In this document: one piece after another, positions 29,239-38,599 of the stretch
How positions within the stretch are numbered: position 1 is the first letter of the stretch
Layout: the number at the start of each line of letters is the position of its first letter
Assembly: GCA_041664605.1 (NCBI GenBank)
Contig: JBAYKO010000001.1
Coordinates: 83,586 to 147,585, forward strand
Direction: 5' to 3'
From: Minisyncoccota bacterium
GTDB taxonomy: Bacteria > Patescibacteriota > Minisyncoccia > Phycocordibacterales > UBA9973
DNA length: 64,000 nucleotides
Position numbers and translations under genes: made by a program
Notes under the pieces: generated by a model
What the model was told of the DNA's origin: nothing
The model's input: the letters and a program-made list of their open reading frames with translations, nothing else
The model's database searches: none

Positions 29239-30129
29239 TTATCTATTTTGCACACATTGATTAAATAACTCAACTTGTTTATTATACTCTACTATATTAG
29301 ATTTTATTTCAATAATTAACATATTATATTCTTCAACAAGCGCGTTATATTCTTTTGCTTTTTCTTGATATTTTGATCCATTGATATATGTAAAGATATA
29401 ATTTTTATCTAAATCTTCTTTCATTATTTTTAATGTATTATACATATCATCAGATTTGTTCTGACTACTCTCAATAATTGATTTTAAATCCTCATTTATT
29501 TGAGGACAAGAAGACAGCGGTAATCCAAAGTGTTGCACAATTATCCAAACTTCTTTATCTTTAAAAATTCCCTTTTTAGAATACACACCTATTTCAGAAT
29601 ATTTTTCATTTAAAATATTTGCTCTATGCCCAGCACTATTCATCCACGCTTCTATTACTCCAACTTCGTTTCCAAAATCTCCTAATGCAAGATTTTCTCC
29701 TATGGTTATATAATCATAACCATTTTCTTTTGCTAGGTCTCCCACTCCTTTGTTGTCTGGAGAAATATGTTCGAAGTATTGTTTTTTAAACATATCCTCA
29801 GTTTTTTCTTTAGCCGATTGGTCTAAGTCAATATTCTCTATAAGCATTGGTAAGTTACCATTCTTAACTCTTTCCGCATTAGTTAGTTTAATTATATTTG
29901 AGATGTTTATTTCACTATTTGTATCTTCATTCGGTTTTGAATATTTTTCTAATATTTTAAGTGGTCCTGGAGTATTAACCTTTTCAGAATAATTTAAAAC
30001 TTCATTCTCTTTCTTTGGAGCACTAGAATCGTGCTTAATAAAAGTATCCTGAAATATTATTACCAATAATACAACAACAATAATAATTGCTGTTTTAAAA
30101 AAACTTTTCAGATGTTCCCGTCTATTCAT
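29239..30129 (-). CDS. CAP/SCP-domain protein
   Basis: TNAER, YFEH, GENLA, WMNSAGHRANIL, VQHF. Confidence 0.92.
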   Translation of the reverse strand: MNRREHLKSFFKTAIIIVVVLLVIIFQDTFIKHDSSAPKKENEVLNYSEKVNTPGPLKILEKYSKPNEDTNSEINISNIIKLTNAERVKNGNLPMLIENIDLDQSAKEKTEDMFKKQYFEHISPDNKGVGDLAKENGYDYITIGENLALGDFGNEVGVIEAWMNSAGHRANILNEKYSEIGVYSKKGIFKDKEVWIIVQHFGLPLSSCPQINEDLKSIIESSQNKSDDMYNTLKIMKEDLDKNYIFTYINGSKYQEKAKEYNALVEEYNMLIIEIKSNIVEYNKQVELFNQCVQNR

Positions 30130-30185
30130 ATATATGATGATAAAACATTAGAATAAAAAATCAACCTAAATTTTATACCCAAAAA

Positions 30186-30297
30186 TCAAAAAACCACATT
30201 TGCATGTGATTTTTTGAATGAGGCCAAAAAATTCTATCAATTTTTTAAGGATTGAATGGAATTCCCTTGCGGTACGACCTTCAAACTTTTTAACCTC
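30186..30297 (-). ncRNA. Candidate small structured RNA with its own promoter and terminator
   Basis: TTGCGT-N16-TAGAAT; closing stem GAGGTTAAAAA/TTTTTGGCCTC; CC-GCAA-GG tetraloop; no ORF. Confidence 0.45.
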
Positions 30298-30419
30298 GTA
30301 TAACATTCTATATAAAACAAATTATTACGCAAGTATACCTGTGGATAACTTTTAGACAATCTTTTGCTTATAAAAAATAAAAACCCTGTTTCCAGGGTTT
30401 TTTAATAGTTTTAAGTAAA

Positions 30420-30566
30420 CTATTTATCAAGAATATATTCTATAACAACAGAATCAGTTTTTAAATCAAATACTATTCTTCTATTATTATTTTTTAAGAT
30501 AGGACAATTAGCAAATGTTACACCTAGATCTTCCCACCCTTTTTCTATTAGTTCTAAATATCTCAT
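30420..30566 (-). CDS. Orphan cassette ORF, 48 aa (below the ORF-track cutoff)
   Basis: MRYLELIEKGWEDLGVTFANCPILKNNNRRIVFDLKTDSVVIEYILDK; promoter -35 at 30621-30626, terminator 30379-30403. Confidence 0.6.
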   Translation of the reverse strand: MRYLELIEKGWEDLGVTFANCPILKNNNRRIVFDLKTDSVVIEYILDK

Positions 30567-30653
30567 CTAATATAGAATTATAAAAACTTCTTCTCCTATA
30601 ATAGATAATATTTATTATTATGTCAAACGTGCGAACTTGTCTTAGAATTCATA

Positions 30654-31061
30654 TTAATTACAACTTGTTGATCTGGTATATCCTAGTTTTTGAGCCTCCT
30701 CTTCTGATCCAAAATATATCTTATTTTTTGAACTTAATTGTTTGGCTTGTGAACAAGAGGTTGGGTAGTATTTATTCCCCCTACTTGAAGCTACAAACGG
30801 TTTATTACTTGTATTTTGGCCATTTAAAGTGCTTTCTAGAGCTATATTTTGCGTTTTAAGACCCATTCCCTCTTCTTTTGTAGTATTTATTAAATTAGCC
30901 TGATTTTCCCAATTTTGAGTAGAATCTTTAATTTTTGAAAGCCTCCCTAGTCCAAAAGAGCTAAAGGCCACTAAAATTATAATAAAAATAGTATATAAAT
31001 TACGTCCTTTTTCAGTGTCTGAAAAGACCTTGATTTTTTCATATAAATCTTTTATACTCAT
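30654..31061 (-). CDS. Membrane-anchored protein with an Ada metal-binding-like C-terminus
   Basis: TM helix then FVASSRGNKYYPTSC...F.SEEEA...GY....C. Confidence 0.75.
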   Translation of the reverse strand: MSIKDLYEKIKVFSDTEKGRNLYTIFIIILVAFSSFGLGRLSKIKDSTQNWENQANLINTTKEEGMGLKTQNIALESTLNGQNTSNKPFVASSRGNKYYPTSCSQAKQLSSKNKIYFGSEEEAQKLGYTRSTSCN

Positions 31062-31127
31062 ATGTATATTAATTATATTGCATTTCTTTTAAAAAGCTAA
31101 TTTAGGCTTTTTAAAATTTAATTTATT

Positions 31128-31400
31128 ATGGCACATACGAAAGCTGGAGGATCAGCAAAAAACTTAAAAGACTCAAATCCTAAATACCTCGGAACAAAAT
31201 TATACGATGGCCAAAAAGCAAAAGCTGGCTCAGTTATTATAAGACAAAGAGGTACAAAAATTTTAGCTGGAACAAATGTTGGGACTGGTAAAGACCATAC
31301 ACTTTTTGCATTAAAGGAGGGAAAAGTAAAATTTGGTTCAAAAAGAAAAAAAGGTTTTAATGGAAAAACAACTATTAAGAAGGTAGCTAATATTATCTAA
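31128..31400 (+). CDS. rpmA: 50S ribosomal protein L27
   Basis: MAHTKAGGS...IIRQRGTK...GKDHTLFAL. Confidence 0.97.
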   Translation: MAHTKAGGSAKNLKDSNPKYLGTKLYDGQKAKAGSVIIRQRGTKILAGTNVGTGKDHTLFALKEGKVKFGSKRKKGFNGKTTIKKVANII

Positions 31401-31442
31401 TCTTTAATAAAATAAACCCCCGATCTAGATCGGGGGTTTATT

Positions 31443-31889
31443 TTATTCTTCTCTTTCTATAATTAATTTAAAAGATGATTTTTTATTTTTTATATCAATC
31501 TGGATTTCGTATTCCCCAAGTTCCTTTATTGGTTTGTTTAAAACAAGAGCTTCTTCTGAAATTGTTATATTGTGAAGTTTTTGCATTTGAGAAATAATTT
31601 CTTTTTTGTTTACACCCGAGAATAAGCTTCCTGATTCACTTGCTCTTTCTTTTATTATTACAACTTTTCCTTTAATTTCGTCTAGATTTTTTATAAGAAG
31701 ATCATCTTGAATTTGTCTTTCTATTTGAACATTCTTTTTCATTTTTTCTATTTCCTTTGCAACTTCCGTGGTTGCAATTTTTGCTAATTTCTTGGGTATT
31801 AGAAAATTCATTGCAAATCCATCATTTACATCTTTGATATCATATTTATTTCCTATTCTAGGAACATTACTAAGTAATACAACTTTCAT
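31443..31889 (-). CDS. rplI: 50S ribosomal protein L9
   Basis: MKVVLL..V..IG...DGFAMNFLIPK, GSLFSGV, PIKELG. Confidence 0.95.
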   Translation of the reverse strand: MKVVLLSNVPRIGNKYDIKDVNDGFAMNFLIPKKLAKIATTEVAKEIEKMKKNVQIERQIQDDLLIKNLDEIKGKVVIIKERASESGSLFSGVNKKEIISQMQKLHNITISEEALVLNKPIKELGEYEIQIDIKNKKSSFKLIIEREE

Positions 31890-32010
31890 CCCATTAGAAG
31901 TAGATCGCGATCAATTCACGCATCTGGTTAATTAGGTTATTAATATTTATTATATTTGATTTCATAATTATTGTTTATTGTTTAAATTGCGATCGCGACT
32001 TCTAACGGGA
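31889..32010 (-). mobile_element. Start-codon-targeted TIR mini-element, 122 bp, at rplI
   Basis: aTGAA|TCCCGTTAGAAGT...ACTTCTAATGGGA|TGAA; internal 23-aa ORF at 31894-31965 MKS...YF*. Confidence 0.85.
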
Positions 32011-32024
32011 TTCATATTAAAAAT

Positions 32025-33233
32025 TTATTTTAATAATTCAATGGCTTTATCAAATTGAGGATCTTTACCTTTTTCTGCGTCCTCTATTTTAAAAGGTACA
32101 CTAAAATCTGGGGTAAGTCCATTTTCTGAAATTGATATTCCGTTTGGAGTAAGCCATTTAGCAATAGTTATTTTCAGTGAAGTATCTGGAGTTACTTTTA
32201 TTAATTCTTGAACAGAACCTTTTCCAAAAGTCTTATCCCCCACCAACCTAGCTATTTTATGTTCTTGTAATGCACCTGCTAAAATTTCAGAGGCTGATGC
32301 AGATCCCCCATCTACAAGTATAATCATTTGTAAGTTTTCATTAAAAATATCATACCCCTTACTTCTATAAATTTCTTGTTCTTGTCTATTACCAAAATCT
32401 TCAATCACTACGGTTTTCCCCTCAGGTAAAAACCAACTAGCCATATCGATTGAAGCTTCTAAATATCCACCGGGGTTACCTCTTAAATCTAAAATTAATT
32501 TTGATGTTTTAGTTTCAGTAAATTTTAATAATGCTTGTCTAAATAATTCTGGAGAATTTGCAGAAAAATTATAAAGTCTTATCACAAAAATATCATCCTT
32601 TTGTTCTATATCTATTGTGGGAATATTTATTTTCTCCCTAGTTAGAGTTATTTCTTTTGGTTCCTTAAGACCAATTCTATATATTGTTAATTTGACCTTA
32701 GTTCCCACTTCCCCTCTTATTGTTTTTATTGCTTCGTCTATAGAAAAATCAGCAGTTGATTTATCGTCTATTTTTATTATTTTATCTCCAGTTTTAATTC
32801 CCGCTTTATACGCAGGAGTATCTTTAAGTGGCGCAATTACAGTTAAAATTTTATCTTTCATTCCAATTTCTATTCCAACTCCGCCAAATTCCCCGCTTAT
32901 TGTTTCTTCAAAAGCTTTATTTTCTTCGGGTGTAAAAAATGTTGTGTAAGGATCATTTAATGATGAAGTAAGACCTGATGTTGCTCCCCAGACTCTATCT
33001 TGATCAGATATATCTTTTGCCCAAGGAGATTTCTCGTTTATAAGATTCCAGACTTTCCAAAATGGTTCAAAATCCGCTTCAGATTTAAACGGTGTTTCTT
33101 TATTTAAAATATTTGTAATTTTTTGAACAGATGGCCTATTATTAAAACCTAAATAAACACCGAAAAAAAATATTCCGGCCACAATTAGCACTATTAATAT
33201 TATAGAAATTATATTTTTTTTATTTCTTACCAT
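32025..33233 (-). CDS. ctpA: C-terminal processing protease (S41 with PDZ)
   Basis: LNDPYT, GVGI, LDLRGNPGG, SASASEI, TFGKGSVQ. Confidence 0.93.
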   Translation of the reverse strand: MVRNKKNIISIILIVLIVAGIFFFGVYLGFNNRPSVQKITNILNKETPFKSEADFEPFWKVWNLINEKSPWAKDISDQDRVWGATSGLTSSLNDPYTTFFTPEENKAFEETISGEFGGVGIEIGMKDKILTVIAPLKDTPAYKAGIKTGDKIIKIDDKSTADFSIDEAIKTIRGEVGTKVKLTIYRIGLKEPKEITLTREKINIPTIDIEQKDDIFVIRLYNFSANSPELFRQALLKFTETKTSKLILDLRGNPGGYLEASIDMASWFLPEGKTVVIEDFGNRQEQEIYRSKGYDIFNENLQMIILVDGGSASASEILAGALQEHKIARLVGDKTFGKGSVQELIKVTPDTSLKITIAKWLTPNGISISENGLTPDFSVPFKIEDAEKGKDPQFDKAIELLK

Positions 33234-33264
33234 ATCTTAGTTAAAAAATTACCTATTATAAAAA

Positions 33265-34476
33265 CTATTGAGAATCTAATGCTCCAATCGTATATGTATT
33301 TCCTGGATCCCAAATCATGAACGAATTAAGACCTGAATCATAAATTGCCTTTTTTTCGAGCCGTATCATTTCTGGTGTATAAGTTGCTCCCAAATTAAAA
33401 TCTTGTATCCAGGGTCTCATCTTTAGAGGGTTCTCTCCCATAACTTTTGCTCTTTCAACAGCTTTGTCCATTGCAAATTTAATTATTTCATAAGGTTTAC
33501 TTGCTGGATTTTTATAACCATTCCACCCTCTGGGATAGTGTGACGGATAAACCATAGGTGACACATAATCAAAATACGGAAGTGTATTTTCTAAAACTTG
33601 TCCAATATTTAAATCATCTTGGCTAGTTGCCACCAATCCAAAAACATCAGCGGACATTGGAATACCTGTATCTTTTAATTTTTCTCTTAAATATGAAAAG
33701 AAGTTTTTCATTACTTCTGACTTTGATAACCCATTACTTACCGGAAAATAAATATTTTGCATATCCCCGTCTGTTGGAAATCTTATATAGTCAAAATTTA
33801 TCTCGTCAAAACCAACAGCATATGCCTCCTTTGCAATAGCTACAGTATAATCCCACATATCTTCTGACCCGGCATCAATCCAACTTATTCCTTTTCTATC
33901 TTTCCATACCAAAGTTTTATCTGTTTTTTTCTTTACAGCTAAATCTGGTCTTTTTTTAATAAAATATGGATCTTGAAAGACAGCAATTCTCCCTATTACA
34001 TAAATATTTTTTTGGTGAAGTTCTGAAATAAATTCCCAAATATTTTTTATTCTATCTTTTGAAGATCCAATTTCTTTTAAATAGGGATCAGTGACATTAA
34101 AAGATATCATACCGGTGTAATCTTTTATGTCGATAACAAGAGAGTTTATTTCTGTCTCGTCTGCTATTTTTATTAATTTATTTCTAAAAGTTCTATCACT
34201 TGCAACCCAACTACTCATATATATAGCTTTTACTGCTTCTGGAGTTTTAATATGGGTCATTGGTGGTTTTTCATCTATTACAACTTCGTCTATCTTTACC
34301 TCCTGTTCATCAATTGTCTGACTTACATCTTTTACTTCATAATTTACTGGATATAATTTTGATAAATTTAAAAAGATAAATACTCCAAAAATTAATATAA
34401 AAAACCCCGAAATTAAAATATATTTCAAGGTCATATGTTTTCTAATTTTTGGTTGACTGTTATTCTTTGGTGTCAT
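33265..34476 (-). CDS. Putative glycoside hydrolase (DUF4015-like)
   Basis: INSLVIDIKD, IGRIAVFQD, GFDEINFDYIRFP, SPMVYPSHY, RPWIQDF. Confidence 0.85.
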   Translation of the reverse strand: MTPKNNSQPKIRKHMTLKYILISGFFILIFGVFIFLNLSKLYPVNYEVKDVSQTIDEQEVKIDEVVIDEKPPMTHIKTPEAVKAIYMSSWVASDRTFRNKLIKIADETEINSLVIDIKDYTGMISFNVTDPYLKEIGSSKDRIKNIWEFISELHQKNIYVIGRIAVFQDPYFIKKRPDLAVKKKTDKTLVWKDRKGISWIDAGSEDMWDYTVAIAKEAYAVGFDEINFDYIRFPTDGDMQNIYFPVSNGLSKSEVMKNFFSYLREKLKDTGIPMSADVFGLVATSQDDLNIGQVLENTLPYFDYVSPMVYPSHYPRGWNGYKNPASKPYEIIKFAMDKAVERAKVMGENPLKMRPWIQDFNLGATYTPEMIRLEKKAIYDSGLNSFMIWDPGNTYTIGALDSQ

Positions 34477-34726
34477 TTAAATTATTTTGATATATCCCCT
34501 CTACTGCTTTCTTTTTTATTTCATGTCTATTGTCTGTAAAAGTGTTATACTTTTCTTCTTTTTTGGGCATTAAAGTTAATTTTTCTTTATGAATAAGGTA
34601 AGCTAGATACATTAAAGAAATCCCCGTTATCATTAAGAAAAATTTTTTCCAAGAGGTTGTAAGGCCTAAAAATGGTAGGATTAAAATCCAAAAGCCGAGT
34701 ATTAGAATAATTTTTTGTTTTGACAT
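34460..34726 (-). CDS. Small 2-TM membrane protein
   Basis: MSKQKIILILGFWILILPFLG...; TATAAT-N6-ATG leaderless start. Confidence 0.7.
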   Translation of the reverse strand: MSKQKIILILGFWILILPFLGLTTSWKKFFLMITGISLMYLAYLIHKEKLTLMPKKEEKYNTFTDNRHEIKKKAVEGIYQNNLNDTKE

Positions 34727-35099
34727 GCGTAGATTATAACAATAAATTAATATCAAAGCAAAAAGTTAATTGATTAAAGATTTATATTATTTAAGAAATT
34801 TAAAAACCCCTCAAATGAGGGGTTTTTGTTTTTGCCGGTTCTTGAGCCACTGGCTTATTGGGCTCTTCTGACGCGGCTGCCGGGTTTTTTAAATCAAAGA
34901 TGCATTTTTTGTCATTGTCGCTCGTTTCATAATGTAGCATTTTTTTGTTAAACAATCCGTGAATGAACTTATTTATTAATGTGTATATCTTAGCATATTG
35001 AAAATATTTGTCAAGCATTTTTATAATAAATATCTATTTTTAAAAAATCCTTATAAAATAATGATTTTTTACTATTCCCTATCACTTAAAAACTATAAC

Positions 35100-35660
35100 T
35101 TAGTAATAATATCCTCCCTTTACTTTAAATTTCTTTTTATCAAAAGTTACTACCATATACCAGTTCCAGGATACGGTCTTATCATCTTTTCCCACGAAAT
35201 CAAACCATATTCTTGGAAATATTTCTTTATTAATCCACCTTTCTGGTTCTTCTGACGCAGGATCGACAATAATTATATTTTTATCAGTTACATTTACAAC
35301 AACACTATAATGATCATCATTTTCATCAAACCAACCAATAATAACCGGTAATTTTTCTTCACGAATAAAATATTCCAATTCTTCTATTGATCCGTTTTCT
35401 TTTACATAAACAAAGCCACCAATTTCTTTTATGGCCTGGATCATTCCTTCATGCTCTGTCCCCTCACCTCTTCCCATTCCTGAAATACTACAAGCAACAT
35501 TAGCTAACTGTTCTTCTGTGTGATTTTTACCAAAATATGAAAGTAAAATTTTTAAAGAGGCTGGACCACAAAGTCCCATTGATTGTTGAAAAGGTTCCAC
35601 TTTAATTTTCTGCTCATCTCTGTTTACTGTATTTAATTTTTTCTTTTTCTTCCACATCAT
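35100..35660 (-). CDS. C39-like cysteine peptidase
   Basis: QQ....CGPASL, HYSVV, IVDP. Confidence 0.8.
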   Translation of the reverse strand: MMWKKKKKLNTVNRDEQKIKVEPFQQSMGLCGPASLKILLSYFGKNHTEEQLANVACSISGMGRGEGTEHEGMIQAIKEIGGFVYVKENGSIEELEYFIREEKLPVIIGWFDENDDHYSVVVNVTDKNIIIVDPASEEPERWINKEIFPRIWFDFVGKDDKTVSWNWYMVVTFDKKKFKVKGGYYY

Positions 35661-35758
35661 CCCATTAGAAATAGTTTATTTAAAACAAACTATATTTTTA
35701 CTCTGATAATTTAATCGCCTTTATTTTTAAAATTTTATTCCGCTAATTTCTAACGGGA
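35660..35758 (-). mobile_element. TIR mini-element (degenerate, 99 bp) at the start of the C39 peptidase
   Basis: TCCCGTTAGAAAT...ATTTCTAATGGGA|TG; no clear left target duplication. Confidence 0.7.
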
Positions 35759-35838
35759 CAAGTAAATTTATTTTTTATAATCCCAGCACTAAAATTTTAA
35801 TTGTTCTAATAATTTTTTATTCTTATTCATCTATATAT

Positions 35839-36534
35839 CTACTTTTTATCTCTACTCAGATTATTTAAAAATTTAGTACGGGATAAATATTTTTTAATTA
35901 TTTGATCACCCCTCAAGTTTACCCAAGAATATTTCGCGTCTCCAGGATAAGCCCCGCCATGTTCTCTTCTTGTCTGTCTTTCTTTAGCCGAAGCAAAATC
36001 ATGCGCTGAATCATAAATCATCCCCTTTTTCATTAAATCTCTTTCATGTTGTTCATGAACTAATGTAAAAAATTTATCTTTCTCTCCTAAGCAGTTGTCC
36101 AACCAAATCTCATTTTGGGGAATATATTTATAAACATAATGATGGCCACCCATAACAAATTGTGGGTCTATATATTGTCTAATAATTGAACCTTCAACAT
36201 AACAAACTTTTAAACCTTCTATATTTTTTGTTCTTATATAAAAATTTGGTATTAGTCCTTTTTTACATAAAACTTTTTTTAAAAATTTACGGACATCTTT
36301 TACATTTTTACAACTCTTGGGAACTTTAGTATTTTTTAGTTTTATGAAAAAATCTAATTCTTCTTTAAAACAATAATCAAACCAAAATTTATTTTGAGGA
36401 ATATAAAATTTTGGATCATAAAAATCAGCTGGAGAATTTGTATATTCGTAAAAAACAGAAAAATCGTCATCTAGTGTTTGACGAATTAAAGCCCCATCCA
36501 CAAAGACTATATTTTCAATAGGTTTTTTCTGCAT
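35839..36534 (-). CDS. Hypothetical protein with an internal domain duplication and HExxE...H motif
   Basis: VDGALIRQ..D.DF and VEGSIIRQ..D.QF repeats; LVHEQHER...YDSAH. Confidence 0.7.
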   Translation of the reverse strand: MQKKPIENIVFVDGALIRQTLDDDFSVFYEYTNSPADFYDPKFYIPQNKFWFDYCFKEELDFFIKLKNTKVPKSCKNVKDVRKFLKKVLCKKGLIPNFYIRTKNIEGLKVCYVEGSIIRQYIDPQFVMGGHHYVYKYIPQNEIWLDNCLGEKDKFFTLVHEQHERDLMKKGMIYDSAHDFASAKERQTRREHGGAYPGDAKYSWVNLRGDQIIKKYLSRTKFLNNLSRDKK

Positions 36535-36573
36535 TAGCTCATTTTACCACAAAATAAGCCTGTAAACAACCCC

Positions 36574-37593
36574 TTAATTGTTTCTTTTTTCAGTGAGAAT
36601 TTCTAGAGCTTCTAAATATGATTTATCTAAAAGTTCAGAATTATATTCGAATCCATAAAGCTTTTTGAAAATTTCTGAAGGATCCACAACGGCTATTTTT
36701 ACTCCCTTGTCTTTAAGTATTCTTAAAACACGCAATTGTTCTTTAAACCACTCTTTTGCAATTATTGAAAATCTATCTAATTCTTCAGCTGTTTCTTTGA
36801 TTTGTTCTTTTTTATTTTTTGCATATTCTTTGTCTGGAGCAGTCAAATCTAGTTTTCCCACTTCTAACCAACCCATTCCCCTGTTTATCATGGATTGTTT
36901 AAATGTTTTTGCTGAAGGCAAGACATAAATTATCATGTTATATCCATTAGGAAGTCCATCTGATCCATTAAATCTTTTAAATTTATTTTCTTCTTCAATT
37001 TCTTCATCTAATCCGTGAACATCTTCTATTACATTAATATCTCCTTGCCAATCTTCTGGAATTGGAAAAATCTTTTCATAATCTCTATCCCATGAAATTA
37101 TTTTTTTATCTTTATACTTATCACTTAATTCTTTTGTTAAAACTCTTCGTGTTGTAGCTTTTCCTGAAATACCAATTCCTCCAACCAATAGTTGGAATGG
37201 CTTATTGTCTTTTTTAAAAAAATCATCTACTTCTTCAGAAATAGTATTAATTAGGTTTCCAAAATTACCAAACCTCTCTATTTTTTGACTCTTAAGTTCT
37301 TGGTTTTTATTTTCTATATAAAAACCTTTCTGAGGCATATTTTTATCAAGGACTACATTATTTTTTGACAACTGATTTAAAAACATTAGTTTCATTTCTT
37401 CTAATCTAAAATCCTTAGTATTCTCTTTTTTGTTTTTAAAATCTTTTAAATGTTTTTGAGTTAAATTAAACCATACATCATCTTGTTCTTCTTGAGACAA
37501 AGAAGATAGTTCCTTCCAAAGATCGGGGTTTAGACCTTCAAAAAACTCTTCTGTTTTATTTATTTGTACTTTATTTTCTATATTTTCTCGCAT
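36574..37593 (-). CDS. Hypothetical protein with a P-loop-like motif
   Basis: LLVGGIGISGKAT; 339-aa ORF. Confidence 0.65.
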   Translation of the reverse strand: MRENIENKVQINKTEEFFEGLNPDLWKELSSLSQEEQDDVWFNLTQKHLKDFKNKKENTKDFRLEEMKLMFLNQLSKNNVVLDKNMPQKGFYIENKNQELKSQKIERFGNFGNLINTISEEVDDFFKKDNKPFQLLVGGIGISGKATTRRVLTKELSDKYKDKKIISWDRDYEKIFPIPEDWQGDINVIEDVHGLDEEIEEENKFKRFNGSDGLPNGYNMIIYVLPSAKTFKQSMINRGMGWLEVGKLDLTAPDKEYAKNKKEQIKETAEELDRFSIIAKEWFKEQLRVLRILKDKGVKIAVVDPSEIFKKLYGFEYNSELLDKSYLEALEILTEKRNN

Positions 37594-37628
37594 ATTAATA
37601 AATTATTTTTTATTTAATAATTTTCCTA

Positions 37629-38597
37629 TTAACAACTTATTTTTTTTATCATTCCCAAAAGACCGTCTTGAGAAAGAGAAAATTGACTATATTTTAGATC
37701 TTCTTTATCTTTTGTAACTAATACATACCTAAGACAAAAAGATATGCTTCTCTCTAGTATTGCAAATTTAATAGCATTGATTAAATATTGTTTTTCTACC
37801 TGATTTAATTTTCTATGTTTTTGATAACCATTTATTAAGGCTTCAAAATTTTTATTATTCCATTTTTTCCAATTATTAACAAAACACCAACCACGACAGG
37901 CTTGTCCCAAATCTAAAATTAAATCCCCATAATAACTTCTATCAAAATCTACAATGCAAACGATTTTCTCTCCTTTCCAAAGAACATGTCTTTTCCCTAA
38001 GTCTTCATGAATCATTCCCTTTGGTAAATTAGATGGAAAATTTATTAAAGAAATTTCTTTTTGAAAATTATCTACAAATTTCTTTTTTTCAAGAAAGCTC
38101 CCTTTTAATATAAGTTTTTTATCTTCTTTAAAATTTTTCTTACTTTCCTCTAAATCCCATCTGTGTTTTCTTTTATAATTGGTTTTATAATTTTCCGTTA
38201 ATTTATGAAATCTGCCTAATAATTCACCGAATTTTTCTACTTCTTTTATAGTAGGGTTTAATTTTTCTTTGGCTTCAATAAACTCTCTTATATAACCAAA
38301 ATGTCCATTCCATGAGATTATCTGCTCGCCCTTTTTGTTATAGATTGCAGTCTTTACAGGAAAACTATTTTTTATTAAATAATTTAATAATTCTAATTCC
38401 GAAAAAATTTCTTCTTTAGAACGCCACCTTATTCCCAACGGAGAAAGACGAAAGAAATATTTTTTCAAATCAGTTTCAATAATATAAGAAATATTACCAC
38501 TGGTCGCTAATGGTTTTATCTTTTTTATTTGCTCTAAATCAAAATCTTTTAAAAGATTTTTAATTATGGCAATAGGCATTTTTTGTTTAATAAGCAT
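37629..38597 (-). CDS. APH/homoserine kinase type II family phosphotransferase
   Basis: LPKGMIHEDL, IVDFD, DLG. Confidence 0.8.
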   Translation of the reverse strand: MLIKQKMPIAIIKNLLKDFDLEQIKKIKPLATSGNISYIIETDLKKYFFRLSPLGIRWRSKEEIFSELELLNYLIKNSFPVKTAIYNKKGEQIISWNGHFGYIREFIEAKEKLNPTIKEVEKFGELLGRFHKLTENYKTNYKRKHRWDLEESKKNFKEDKKLILKGSFLEKKKFVDNFQKEISLINFPSNLPKGMIHEDLGKRHVLWKGEKIVCIVDFDRSYYGDLILDLGQACRGWCFVNNWKKWNNKNFEALINGYQKHRKLNQVEKQYLINAIKFAILERSISFCLRYVLVTKDKEDLKYSQFSLSQDGLLGMIKKISC

Positions 38598-38599
38598 AT

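Noticed and set aside
30340-30348. DnaA box TGTGGATAA as an oriC signal
   Set aside because: Single box, no cluster or dnaA gene, and gene orientation converges rather than diverges here.
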